Below, piece after piece: positions 9,896-19,692 of a stretch of 64,000 bases of DNA. The notes below the pieces were generated by a model. That model had not been told where the DNA came from. It did not search any database and was given only the letters and a program-made list of their open reading frames with translations. The stretch is from positions 1-64,000 of the IMG/VR virus record IMGVR_UViG_3300028920_000037, one strand, 5' to 3'. Numbering within the stretch: the first letter of the stretch is position 1; the number at the start of each line of letters is the position of its first letter. This stretch comes from a virus. Made by a program: the position numbers and the translations under genes.

Positions 9896-9929
9896 ACAAG
9901 GGTTCCATGTTCACGGGTGAAGACAAGAT

Positions 9930-10625
9930 ATGACTGTTTACACTGATGAGGAAACGTACCTGGCAGGTGCGATAAAGGACCACGCTCAACGCCTCGCAAT
10001 GTTGGCAGTCGCCGGAGATGAGATTGGTCTGATGAACGAGCTCGATACGATGATCACCAGCGCGATCGGTGGTGGACGTCCAAAGAAGCGTGCTGAAGAT
10101 CCACGACGTCGCGTCATCAGGAACTTTGAGAAGCCATCGATACGCCAGCGTACCGAAGCTGTGATGTTTGAGTATGTTGACAAGGACGCCGTGGTTGCGG
10201 TCACAAAGATCCTCAGTGGAGAAGGATCGAAGGCAGCGAATTCAAGGATGCAGCTCGCCCAAAACATGCTTAGGGCGTACAATAGTGGGTCAAAGTCGTA
10301 CATTACAATGTTCAAGCGTGCGATTCAACTCATCAAAAAGCACCTCGGTCTACTGGAAGGCATAGACGAGTTTGAGGCCGTGAAGGCGCTTCTTCGCGAA
10401 GAGGAGAACAACGCTACGACAGCAGGTCCGTCCAAGGATAGAGATACCGGTGAGATCCTCTACCACCTCGACATGGCAACGCGTCACCTTGACGTCCTTG
10501 TCGACTATACGTTGATTGCTGGACACGAAGACGAGATCACGCAGATCTCGTCAGCAGTGCAACGGCTCGCCCAGGGACTCAGGTCAGAACTCGAGGCAAC
10601 TCGTACACCTTACGATGAGGTTTAA
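9930..10625 (+). CDS. Hypothetical protein
   Basis: 231-aa ORF; TAGTTA at 9889-9894 upstream. Confidence 0.6.
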   Translation: MTVYTDEETYLAGAIKDHAQRLAMLAVAGDEIGLMNELDTMITSAIGGGRPKKRAEDPRRRVIRNFEKPSIRQRTEAVMFEYVDKDAVVAVTKILSGEGSKAANSRMQLAQNMLRAYNSGSKSYITMFKRAIQLIKKHLGLLEGIDEFEAVKALLREEENNATTAGPSKDRDTGEILYHLDMATRHLDVLVDYTLIAGHEDEITQISSAVQRLAQGLRSELEATRTPYDEV

Positions 10626-10982
10626 CGAGAACATTCGACAGATCGTTAGATAATTCTAAAGGTCCCATAAAGGGGACAATGGGCAAGGGTACACGAATTA
10701 TTTTGAGCCTTCTCGTGCCTTCTTGAGATGGCTTGTGTCGTTCGTTTGATACAACAAACGTACGCGGTGTAAGGTTTCTGTCTAAGACATACTGTTATGA
10801 TCTTTCATCGAGCCAGATCGGGACACTCAGAAGGGTCATCAACAAACACTTCAATTGTTGAACATCGGTCTGCTGTGGGATATATTTTGAATGTTTGTAG
10901 TCACACTGCTGCGATGTTGGCTTGAGGTACATCTGCAGAAGAGAATGTTTACATCGCACGAGATGTTTATGAAGTTCAACAA

Positions 10983-11381
10983 ATGATAAAACTCACGCTG
11001 ACTCCAGAAGAGGTGGTTGCTCTGAACAACCACCTCGGCAAAAGGTTTTCCAGCGGGCCCAAACCACAAAGCGGGTCCGCTGACTCACAACTTCAATCGA
11101 TCTCAGCAAAGGTTGCGCAGATCATTGCGATCTCTGTAAAGTTTGCAGCGGAAGAGCTCATCAATATCGGAGTGTCACTGAACGACTCCCCAGAAGAGGC
11201 ACGGGTGGCGTTCAAACGCTTTCAGGCACAAGAATCAAAGAAGATCAGTGACCTGACACGTGCAAACAGGGACGTCGGTAGACAAGGCAGCAAGTTCCTG
11301 ACGCTCGACGACGAGAATAGCGATGAACCAAAACAGCAGTATCCTCAACGACAGCGTCGTCGTTCAAGACGTTCATCCTAG
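10983..11381 (+). CDS. Hypothetical protein with Arg-rich C-terminus
   Basis: 132-aa ORF. Confidence 0.55.
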   Translation: MIKLTLTPEEVVALNNHLGKRFSSGPKPQSGSADSQLQSISAKVAQIIAISVKFAAEELINIGVSLNDSPEEARVAFKRFQAQESKKISDLTRANRDVGRQGSKFLTLDDENSDEPKQQYPQRQRRRSRRSS

Positions 11382-11591
11382 TGTCAACGTTGACTCGTTT
11401 GTCCAGGCATAGCAGCTTGCTTCGAACGATAGCGATGTCTTCATCATCAGGATGAAACTTGGTCAGAAGACGCAGCGCGGTGAAGGCTTCAGGTGGACAA
11501 CGATCGTTGTGCTCAGATTGAAACGCCCGAAGATACGTATGTTGATCTGCTCGTGATCCATCACGGTGCAACAAGCGTTTCTGATGGCGTA

Positions 11592-11597
11592 TAGTTA
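11592..11597 (+). promoter_or_regulatory. Putative late promoter motif TAGTTA upstream of tmRNA
   Basis: Recurrent motif 12 nt before the tmRNA 5' end. Confidence 0.55.
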
Positions 11598-11609
11598 GCT
11601 TTACGATAA

Positions 11610-11965
11610 GGGGCCGACTGGCTTCGACGTGGGAAGAGAAGGTAGGAACGATCACGTAGGGTTTCTGGGTACCCTTAACTGCTCAGGCGTAAACAACTGC
11701 GAACGATAACGCATTCGCTGACGTACCGCGAGCAATCGCTGCGTAAGCCGTCTCAGTGAATACGGCCTTTCGGTATCACTGAGGCGTCAATCCCAGAAAG
11801 GAAACCGGCGCGGTAAGGCTCATAATCCGCACGGTAAAATTTTGAGCTAGGATTGTTGCCTGCTGAATCGCAACAAACCCGCCGCAGGGTCAAGCGGCTA
11901 AGCGTGTGAACAAGGTTCTATTGGACTTTTTGCGGATTTGGGTTCGACTCCCAACGGTCCCGCCA
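11610..11965 (+). ncRNA. ssrA: tmRNA (one-piece, ~356 nt)
   Basis: 5' GGGGCCGACTGGCTTCGAC; PK1-like GGGT/ACCC + CTGGG/CTCAG; tag ORF; T-arm TTGGG-TTCGACT-CCCAA; acceptor 3' strand CGGTCCC-G-CCA. Confidence 0.95.
11699..11746 (+). other. tmRNA tag reading frame ANDNAFADVPRAIAA*
   Basis: Resume context AAACAACT|GCG AAC GAT AAC ... GCA ATC GCT GCG TAA. Confidence 0.9.
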
Positions 11966-12125
11966 ACTTCAATTAATAACGGTTCCAAAAGGAGTAAAAT
12001 TAAAATGAGGACATGCCCAACGGTTTACAATTTGTATGCTGATCAACACAATTCATAGATAGTTTAGTGGCGGTTTACGCCCCCTTGTGGGGCGTTACCT
12101 TATTTATCGTTCGGGAGAACGATAA

Positions 12126-12311
12126 ATGTCAGCAACATCAGAACTTTTGGGTGAACGCGTCAGAGCACTCGAAACCTGCCTCGCAGAGGCAAAGGAACGA
12201 GGCGACGATGTGGAGGTCGCACGTCTTATGGCGGAGCGAGATCGGGTCAGCAGCAACTTCGCAAGCGCTACAAGTGCGCTCCGCGAGGGCAAGCAGCTAC
12301 TGAAGGGATGA
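12126..12311 (+). CDS. Small hypothetical protein
   Basis: TATTTA at 12101, GGGAG RBS; 61 aa helical. Confidence 0.6.
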   Translation: MSATSELLGERVRALETCLAEAKERGDDVEVARLMAERDRVSSNFASATSALREGKQLLKG

Positions 12312-12315
12312 GGAT

Positions 12316-12537
12316 ATGAACAACTCAGCAGACCTCTATCAACCGATTGTATCGTCTCGCGTCGGACCTCCACCCGTTGTGATTAGGACAGTCGTGACGC
12401 CGAGGAACGACGGTCTTGTCGAAGGCGTTCCACAGACCACACGTCGTGGAGAGGCGTACATCCTCCTGTCAGCCCTACCTGAAGAGCTTCGGCGTCGTGT
12501 TGAGTTAGCCGCTCAGGCGATCATTGCAGCAGGATAA
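12316..12537 (+). CDS. Small hypothetical protein
   Basis: 73-aa ORF; 3' end overlaps the convergent gene. Confidence 0.5.
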   Translation: MNNSADLYQPIVSSRVGPPPVVIRTVVTPRNDGLVEGVPQTTRRGEAYILLSALPEELRRRVELAAQAIIAAG

Positions 12538-13154
12538 CGCCCAGCGGCGTACGTAAACCACGAACGCTTGACCTTTGCAAGCGTCGCGATGACCATACGT
12601 TTGTCAACGCCACTGTTGAGCATCTTCCTAGCAAACGGAGTGATGCGGTCGTTGAACGCGACCTTGAATGGTCGACGTGTCTTCTTTGCGTTTAGATAAA
12701 CGTCACTGACGAATGCTTCTATCTCGTTGGGATCTGTGAGGTACCGTAGCATCTCGTTGGGATCGCCCGAAAGGGCATTGTCAGGATCGTAACCAGGTTC
12801 TGCGTCACCCCTCTTTAGTTGGAGAGAGTGTTCGTATTCGTGCCGTAACACGCTCCTGAGCTTGTGATACGTCTGTTCGTAGTGATCGGGTCCAAACGTT
12901 GGGCCCAACGATACGTCCAACGTCACGCAGTCCTCGTCCGTCATGGCGTTAAACCTGATGGGATCGCGTTGTCGATCGTCGAATCCAACCTTCGTCTGAA
13001 CCTCCCAGTCGTCCAACTCGTCTACGTTGTTCACGGGGGTTCCATCGAAGTTCTTGATATGATCAAATACGATTGCAACGGCAATGTTTGCCTTGCGCTC
13101 TGCGTACGACTCTGCAACGAGCACCCTTACATATCGCTCTAATAGCGACGACAT
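12513..13154 (-). CDS. Putative zincin-like metalloprotein (HExxH)
   Basis: RHEYEH..Q and downstream PNEIEAF; N-terminus LLERYVRVLVAE. Confidence 0.6.
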   Translation of the reverse strand: MSSLLERYVRVLVAESYAERKANIAVAIVFDHIKNFDGTPVNNVDELDDWEVQTKVGFDDRQRDPIRFNAMTDEDCVTLDVSLGPTFGPDHYEQTYHKLRSVLRHEYEHSLQLKRGDAEPGYDPDNALSGDPNEMLRYLTDPNEIEAFVSDVYLNAKKTRRPFKVAFNDRITPFARKMLNSGVDKRMVIATLAKVKRSWFTYAAGRYPAAMIA

Positions 13155-13242
13155 GCATTTACATATGCACTCTCGCGCAACGACAATGTCCCTGGACGGA
13201 ATGAATGTTGTGTTGGCTATTTAATCGCCAAGGAGCGCCAAG

Positions 13243-13743
13243 ATGGAAGATTTTACAGTGTCAGAAAAGTTAATCGATGCCGCAACATCCGCAAGGATGA
13301 CAGGTGACCTCCCAGGTGGGACAAACTACGAACAGGCACATCCTACTGTGCCTCTGTACTATGATCACAAGAGGTTAAAGCAGGTGATAGCGCTCGCTCG
13401 TGCAATCACGCCACCGTCTCAGCTGATGATGGCACAGTCGATCGCTCGAGAGGAGAGCGACAACTCGATCATTGTTGATGTCACTGGAATGTCGGGTATC
13501 GAAGCCGCGAATAAGGTGCTGACAATTGCAAGGGACAACCCCAAAAAGCACGTCTATCCGATCGACGTGTCTGAGGGATTGAAGGACATTGATGCATCTT
13601 CGATCGAAGAGTTTGAACATCAAACGATGGCACTGAACGTTGCGCTAAGCGTAAAGCGCGGTGTTTGCTCAATTGATGAGATTCCAAAACAGTATCAAAG
13701 CGAAGCCGCAGCGCTTCTCGGTGTGATCGGAGACGACGAATGA
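13243..13743 (+). CDS. Hypothetical protein
   Basis: TATTTA at 13218; AAGGAG RBS. Confidence 0.6.
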   Translation: MEDFTVSEKLIDAATSARMTGDLPGGTNYEQAHPTVPLYYDHKRLKQVIALARAITPPSQLMMAQSIAREESDNSIIVDVTGMSGIEAANKVLTIARDNPKKHVYPIDVSEGLKDIDASSIEEFEHQTMALNVALSVKRGVCSIDEIPKQYQSEAAALLGVIGDDE

Positions 13744-14534
13744 GGTTGCTCTTTAAGGGAATGCACGGCGAGGACGTTGCACGTTGGCAGTTGTTTCTCA
13801 GAGGTACAAATCCCTACAGTGAGGTCATCGTCAGTGGAGAATTTGACGATATCACTCATGAGGAGACGAAGGATTTTCAAGAGATCTACGGCCTCAAGTT
13901 GGATGGAAGGGTCGGAGGGAAGACGCTCGCCCGGGCCCTCGACAATGACTTTTACGTCTTTGATGAAGACGCTGACGTGGACTATCAGGATACATGGGGA
14001 CAACACTGGCCAGCTCCTCCAGATTTTTCTCCATTGAACTACAGCGAACGAGTGAAGCTGTTTGGCAGGTTTAGCTACAAACATACTCCGATCAAGGGAA
14101 TGCCAGAGCTGATCACCATCACTGACGGTTGGCAGTCAAAGAACGTGAAGTTCTTTGAAATCCCACAATTGGAAAACGTCCAGGGTGCGCCAAGAAACTG
14201 TCGAGTGCTTCTTCACCAAAAGGTGGGTGACCAGATCGTGCAGACCTTCAAGGACTGGGAGGACGCCCACCTCCATAACAAGGTCCTCGGTTGGGCGGGA
14301 TCGTTCGTGCCAAGGTTTGTGAGGGGATCAAGGCAGACGCTTTCGAACCATGCACATGCAACGGCGTTTGACATCAACGTCCCATGGAACCTGATGGGGC
14401 GTACACCTGCGTTGAAGGGCAAGAAGGGTTCAGTTCGCGAGCTTGTACGGATCGCAAACAATAACGGTCTTTACTGGGGTGGGCACTTTAAGCGACCCGA
14501 CGGTATGCACTTTGAGGTAGCTCGCGTCCTATAA
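13740..14534 (+). CDS. Endolysin: peptidoglycan-binding domain + M15-family peptidase
   Basis: G.DVARWQ..L/FQ...GLKLDGRVG PG-binding motif; SNHAHATAFDIN and DGMHFE Zn-peptidase motifs. Confidence 0.88.
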   Translation: MRLLFKGMHGEDVARWQLFLRGTNPYSEVIVSGEFDDITHEETKDFQEIYGLKLDGRVGGKTLARALDNDFYVFDEDADVDYQDTWGQHWPAPPDFSPLNYSERVKLFGRFSYKHTPIKGMPELITITDGWQSKNVKFFEIPQLENVQGAPRNCRVLLHQKVGDQIVQTFKDWEDAHLHNKVLGWAGSFVPRFVRGSRQTLSNHAHATAFDINVPWNLMGRTPALKGKKGSVRELVRIANNNGLYWGGHFKRPDGMHFEVARVL

Positions 14535-14582
14535 GAAGGTCATCGGGTATTCAAGTGTGTATTTTGGTGAAACGAGTGCCAG

Positions 14583-16400
14583 ATGACAGCGATTCGGGTC
14601 ATAGAAGAACATTGTGAACTTGGGGGCATCGGTGAGACGACACACGTAGAGATCGACAATCACATCAGTGGGTCGAGCTTTCTTATCCTGTCGTCATCAA
14701 CCGAACTGTCGCCGAACGCTCGTACCCTGTGCCTTGGGTACGGCCTCGTCTCTGACGATCATGGTCCACAAAATCAGTTCTGTATCTACCTTGATCCTGA
14801 CGTCTTTCCGATTCCATACAGGTCGCATTGGGACCAGGCTGACGGCACGAATGGATCACAGGCTGTTACTGAATCGTTGTCTCGTACGACTACGCGTATC
14901 TCGACTCCTGCAAACGGTGAAGGTGACCCATTCAAAACAGGGGGCTGGGCGGCATCGAACCGCGATACGCACATCTCAAGCCCATTTACGCTAACTACGC
15001 CTGATTCTGTTACTGGGTTTGGGTCTGGTAGCTTCTTTGACATAGCAATCGTTGATCCCGATGGTATTGCTGTACAAGGCTGGCGTACTCCCTACCTTTC
15101 TGGATCTGGTGTGTTCACAAGCGGCGCGTTTACGTTGACGCTGACAGGTTACGATGAAGACTCAGACAGGTTTGCAGCGACGGCGAGCATATCGATCGAC
15201 ATAGCATCAGCGCTATCAGAATCCGGCCGCTACTACGTAACCGCAACGCACTACACAGATCCTGCTACTGACAACATCGGTCCATTCACGTATACGCAAG
15301 AGGACGTTTTCTACGATAGCAACCCAACGACGCCGTCGATCGACGGTTCAGTAGGCATATCTGAAACGTCTGGTTCTGTCGTCACGCGCCATCTATCTGG
15401 AATCGAGTACTATACCCGTCCCAGTCACTTTACGGTTGCCATCAGCGGTGTGAACAACTTGAACGAGGACACGATCAGGACATCAGCGAACCTGGTGATC
15501 GTAGGTTCTGATTACGGGCTGTCTACGTTGTCGCACAGTCCGTTTGGTGCTGGGTCATCGTATTTTTCTGGGTGGTCGAATGACAACGACAATGTCAGCG
15601 CATCGTACCTGAGGACCGATTGGGAGATAACTCAGGCGAACTACAGGTACATTGGTCCTACTGCAAACGTGTCAGCATACCCTCGCGATCCTTGGAACAA
15701 CGGTACGACGAGGACGTCTGGAAACGATGACATTCTAATCGACACATACGGAATTTCATCAACGAATACGTACGAGCCTTTTAATGATGAGGACCGACGT
15801 CAGACGGAATCGTACAACAGTGGCTCATCATCCAGCGATTGGGATTCATCAAAGACGCTTGTATCTGGAGAGGCGCTGGTGTTCGGCGGCCAGCTGATGA
15901 TACCCGCGTTCTCGACATACATCAGGAGTGACGGTGCGAATTCAGCGAATGCCGATTGGACAGGATACAGGCCAGATGCGTCAGGAAGCAATCCTGATTA
16001 CTCGTCGTTGACAGGAAGCGCTTCCTACTACAGAACATTCCCAGACACAGTAGGATCAGACAGGGCGTCATTTACTGTTGTGATCAATGGTTCGTTTGCA
16101 AGTGGATCTGCGCTCGCGGATCTACAGTCCAACGCGCTCGAGATCGATATCAGGAAAGTTGCTGGTCTTGGTAACACAGGTTCATTGCACTCGTATCCAT
16201 TGAAGCTTCACGGTGCCGTATACAACTTTGCGACGTTTGACGACGGCGTGACAGATGGCCAGTGCAGAGAGGCAACATCATCTGGGAACACTATCAACGG
16301 AACGTTTGGAGGATTCGCGATGAACGATGGGATCTATGCAATGATCAGGATCAACGACTCAAACACAAAGCTGAGCAGCGTCTCGTGGACGTTCATCTGA
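14583..16400 (+). CDS. Ser/Thr/Gly-rich putative virion protein
   Basis: 605 aa, beta-strand-like composition, many SGS/TGS. Confidence 0.6.
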   Translation: MTAIRVIEEHCELGGIGETTHVEIDNHISGSSFLILSSSTELSPNARTLCLGYGLVSDDHGPQNQFCIYLDPDVFPIPYRSHWDQADGTNGSQAVTESLSRTTTRISTPANGEGDPFKTGGWAASNRDTHISSPFTLTTPDSVTGFGSGSFFDIAIVDPDGIAVQGWRTPYLSGSGVFTSGAFTLTLTGYDEDSDRFAATASISIDIASALSESGRYYVTATHYTDPATDNIGPFTYTQEDVFYDSNPTTPSIDGSVGISETSGSVVTRHLSGIEYYTRPSHFTVAISGVNNLNEDTIRTSANLVIVGSDYGLSTLSHSPFGAGSSYFSGWSNDNDNVSASYLRTDWEITQANYRYIGPTANVSAYPRDPWNNGTTRTSGNDDILIDTYGISSTNTYEPFNDEDRRQTESYNSGSSSSDWDSSKTLVSGEALVFGGQLMIPAFSTYIRSDGANSANADWTGYRPDASGSNPDYSSLTGSASYYRTFPDTVGSDRASFTVVINGSFASGSALADLQSNALEIDIRKVAGLGNTGSLHSYPLKLHGAVYNFATFDDGVTDGQCREATSSGNTINGTFGGFAMNDGIYAMIRINDSNTKLSSVSWTFI

Positions 16401-16408
16401 GGAGACAC

Positions 16409-16579
16409 ATGGAGAACAAGCATTATCCTGACGATGTCAAGTTTAAGCTCGATAAGGAACAGCGAAAGGTCATCATCAGTGTCAAGCTCGGTGATGACGC
16501 AGTGTTGTTGAAGCGTATGCCTGTCGAAGAGTTCAAGGTTCGCATCGACCAGATACGTCAAGAACTGGAGGAGCTGTAA
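16409..16579 (+). CDS. Small hypothetical protein (56 aa)
   Basis: GAGGAG RBS, ATG 16409, fills gap between virion genes. Confidence 0.6.
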   Translation: MENKHYPDDVKFKLDKEQRKVIISVKLGDDAVLLKRMPVEEFKVRIDQIRQELEEL

Positions 16580-16599
16580 CTTCGGCTTGGTGAGTCACT

Positions 16600-17601
16600 G
16601 TGGGCTTCACAAATCAAGAACGAATCAACCTAAACTCTAAGGCTCTTGCTGCTAAGGTCCTCGACGCGAACGAGATTGCACAGTGGTATGAGTCACGCTT
16701 CCCGTTTGAGTTCGTTCTTGACGCAAAGAAGGTCTGGACAGAGGGAGACGCGCTCCGCGCAGCACCGGCGGCGAACGTAACGGTCGCTCGAGCCAATGCT
16801 TCAGGATCACTATCCGGCATCATTGAGGATAAAAGCCAACCAGCTGACGCTGTGAGGTTGACGCCTGTTCCTGGAACGAACAACTCTACGTACGTTGCAT
16901 ACGAAACTTTCAACGATCCCTCATCAGAGCGAGTTGACAACTGGTTACAACCGCAGCAAATACCCCAGTCGAACGGCGCTCCTTCGATTGGGTACTCTGT
17001 TGCGTTGTACGATGGGCATCCGTCTACGTCTGGAACGCTCGTCACGACGACAGACGGCCAGACAGGTACAGGAGTAAACAAGTCTGTCGGTTGGGTATGG
17101 GACTACGGCAACGGTTTGTTGTTCCTATCTGATGATTTTAGGGATACACTGACGTACGATGACGTCTGGGTCCTTGGTTTTCGGTACATTGGAAATACAG
17201 CGGCGGACATCTCAGGATCGAGCGGGAGTGAGGGTGCTCCTGATGACGCGCAGTACGTTGTCCTTCAACCTGACGTTGACCTCCCGAATGCCCGGCAGCT
17301 TGTCACAGGTTCCGGAATAAACATAACTGATAACGGGTCGACTGTTGAGGTTTCTGTCGATGCCGGATACATCAATTCGTTACAGGTTTGGAACGAAGTT
17401 CCATCAGGAAACGCCGATGGATTTAACACGTCGTTCAGCCTTGCAAACACGCCAAGCGGGTCAAACACGTTGATGCTATTTGTCAATGGTGTGCTTCAGT
17501 GTGAAGATGGAGACTACACTCTTACGGGAACTACGATATCGATGGCGTATTCCCCTAGGTCTGGAAGCAACATCCTCGCGACATACCCAAGGTTGTCCTA
17601 G
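16600..17601 (+). CDS. Putative virion structural protein
   Basis: C-terminal E.PSG..DG.N..F.LANTP..LFVNGVLQ..DYTL beta-domain typical of phage fibre/decoration proteins. Confidence 0.65.
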   Translation: MGFTNQERINLNSKALAAKVLDANEIAQWYESRFPFEFVLDAKKVWTEGDALRAAPAANVTVARANASGSLSGIIEDKSQPADAVRLTPVPGTNNSTYVAYETFNDPSSERVDNWLQPQQIPQSNGAPSIGYSVALYDGHPSTSGTLVTTTDGQTGTGVNKSVGWVWDYGNGLLFLSDDFRDTLTYDDVWVLGFRYIGNTAADISGSSGSEGAPDDAQYVVLQPDVDLPNARQLVTGSGINITDNGSTVEVSVDAGYINSLQVWNEVPSGNADGFNTSFSLANTPSGSNTLMLFVNGVLQCEDGDYTLTGTTISMAYSPRSGSNILATYPRLS

Positions 17602-17631
17602 AACACAATTGTTTGCGCTTTGGCTGACTGA

Positions 17632-17637
17632 TACTTA
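17632..17637 (+). promoter_or_regulatory. Putative late promoter motif TACTTA
   Basis: Recurrent motif in intergenic gap. Confidence 0.55.
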
Positions 17638-17671
17638 TCACAGTCGGAAAATCGGACTTGGAGAATACTAG

Positions 17672-19669
17672 ATGGCGGGACGTACGTTTATCTCTCAACC
17701 AGAGCAGATCTTTGCTACCGAAGAGTATCTTGACTCTCTTGCAGCGGGCTCAGGACTTGAGACTGGATCATTAACTCTTGAATATGACCTGAATGCGCTG
17801 CGTTCACAGGTCAAGAGGATCATGTGGACTGGCCTCTCAGGAAGCTGGTACGACGACATCACACCTACTTCGGGACCGCAGCGTGGTCTTAACCTCATGA
17901 GTTCGGACCTTTACGACTTCGAGCAGCAGAGGATCATTGTTCGTACACAGAAGATCATCTCTGGCGTCAATGTTCCTGCTTCGCAGAACTGGGCGTCTCT
18001 ATCGATCACCGGTTCGACGGCGCCTACGAATTTCATTGCAGTCGGTGTGACGACCCAAACGGGCTCAGTTGCAGCGGAGCTGGTGACGGGTTCCTACGAT
18101 GCATGGTCGAGCGTTGTTGTCGATGGTACAACTGCAATCTCTCCGAAGAACCTTGTCCTTGTCCGAAACGCAGCAAACGGCGAGATCATCCAGGATACTG
18201 CTAACGACAATAGGGACGTTTACGGGTTGATGCAGGTCGAGTTCGGGGCGACAGACGGAACGAACTACGACGATCTTGATCAGCGTGCTCAGATTTCGTT
18301 CGTCATTGAGGTCTCTGGAACGTTGACGGCATCTTCTGTCGCCGCGATTGAAAACAAGACTATCAACTACTCGTATCCGACAAGGGTTGCGTTGAGCGAG
18401 CTACCAGAAGACGCGATGCTCTCGAACCACGTCTTCTTGGATGTTCCTGTTGATGCGCTGAACCTTTCTGGCTACGCTCAACTGACAGATATCACCCTTG
18501 ATAGGGCGATTGATAACCAGGGCGCGACTCCAGTCACGCAGGACACGGACATCAACATTCAGATTGCCTCTGGATCAGCATGGAGGTACTACGACGAGGC
18601 AGGCACAGGCCTGTACATGGAAGTCGAGTCAGACTACCTCGGTCAGGGTTCTGCCGTTAGAGTTACAACTGACAACCTCATCTATTCTGGCGTCAATTCT
18701 GCACAGTTCCATCAGGGCCTGCAGGTCTATGATGACGAGCAACCAAACAAGATCATCTACATCAATACCGATCCTGGTGAGATCGGTTCGTCAGAGGACC
18801 TACACGTTGTCTCTGGAGATGGCTACGACCTGACGTTGTCAGGTGGGTTGAGCCTGCGTTTCATCGATTCTGGTTCGCTTGAATCAACATACAATGCAAA
18901 TGGAATCCTCTTCTCGTCGGGTACGTCAGAGTGGAACGACTTTGCAACATACTTCAGCGTTGATGAAACGATCCTTGGCGCATTCGTGACACTGTCGGGT
19001 GCGATCGATTCTCTCTCGTCATCGCTCAACGTGACATCACTTCAGGACGCGATTGATGAACAGGGAGCGACGCCAGTCGTCCTTGGAAACGACGTCTTTA
19101 TCAATGTAGGTGACCAGGTCTGGCAGTTCACTGACGATGGAAACAACGTCCTGCTGGTGTCAACGGCGTCTGTTGCCGTCAACTCTGACAACATCGCTTT
19201 GCTTTCGAATGGAAACCTTGAGTTTCTTGACTCTGGTTCATTAGAGAGCGCGTTTAGTGGAAGTACGATTCTCTTCTCGTCGGGAACGACCGAGTGGAAC
19301 GATTTTCACTCGTACTTTGGACCCGAGGCGACGATCCTGAACGCGTTTACATCGATCTCAGCATCGTTATCGGCATCGAGCGGTGGCAGAACAAGGACGA
19401 ACGGTGGAACGACACCTCCGCAGATTCCTGCAGGTACGAATATTGTTTATCCAACAAACATAGACGTCCAGTTCCCAGACCTTTCGGGTTACGACTTTAT
19501 CAATGACATCAACATCTATCTCAATGGTGTGCTCCTCTATCCGGCGCTCACGTCAGGCGAGGGCGACGTCTATCCAGGCGCCAGCCTTGCGAACGGAGAA
19601 CTGAGGTTTGAACAGAAGCTTCGCTCTGGTTCAATCATCACGGTTGAGACGTTTGGTCCGATCGCATAA
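17672..19669 (+). CDS. Putative virion fibre/structural protein with internal duplication
   Basis: 665 aa; AIDxQGATPV and DSGSLES..ILFSSGT.EWNDF each occur twice; C-terminal YLNGVLL domain. Confidence 0.65.
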   Translation: MAGRTFISQPEQIFATEEYLDSLAAGSGLETGSLTLEYDLNALRSQVKRIMWTGLSGSWYDDITPTSGPQRGLNLMSSDLYDFEQQRIIVRTQKIISGVNVPASQNWASLSITGSTAPTNFIAVGVTTQTGSVAAELVTGSYDAWSSVVVDGTTAISPKNLVLVRNAANGEIIQDTANDNRDVYGLMQVEFGATDGTNYDDLDQRAQISFVIEVSGTLTASSVAAIENKTINYSYPTRVALSELPEDAMLSNHVFLDVPVDALNLSGYAQLTDITLDRAIDNQGATPVTQDTDINIQIASGSAWRYYDEAGTGLYMEVESDYLGQGSAVRVTTDNLIYSGVNSAQFHQGLQVYDDEQPNKIIYINTDPGEIGSSEDLHVVSGDGYDLTLSGGLSLRFIDSGSLESTYNANGILFSSGTSEWNDFATYFSVDETILGAFVTLSGAIDSLSSSLNVTSLQDAIDEQGATPVVLGNDVFINVGDQVWQFTDDGNNVLLVSTASVAVNSDNIALLSNGNLEFLDSGSLESAFSGSTILFSSGTTEWNDFHSYFGPEATILNAFTSISASLSASSGGRTRTNGGTTPPQIPAGTNIVYPTNIDVQFPDLSGYDFINDINIYLNGVLLYPALTSGEGDVYPGASLANGELRFEQKLRSGSIITVETFGPIA

Positions 19670-19692
19670 TAGCGCTTCCTAGTCCGTAAACT

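Noticed and set aside
11410-11460. CTGATGA on the minus strand suggesting a hammerhead ribozyme
   Set aside because: Followed by CGAAG rather than GAAA, and no convincing stems I-III
11245-11655. 136-aa minus-strand ORF
   Set aside because: Overlaps the tmRNA 5' end and the upstream gene; no recognisable features
11950-12024. CCCAACGGT repeated after the tmRNA 3' end (att-like)
   Set aside because: Only 9 nt, no integrase nearby; compatible with chance
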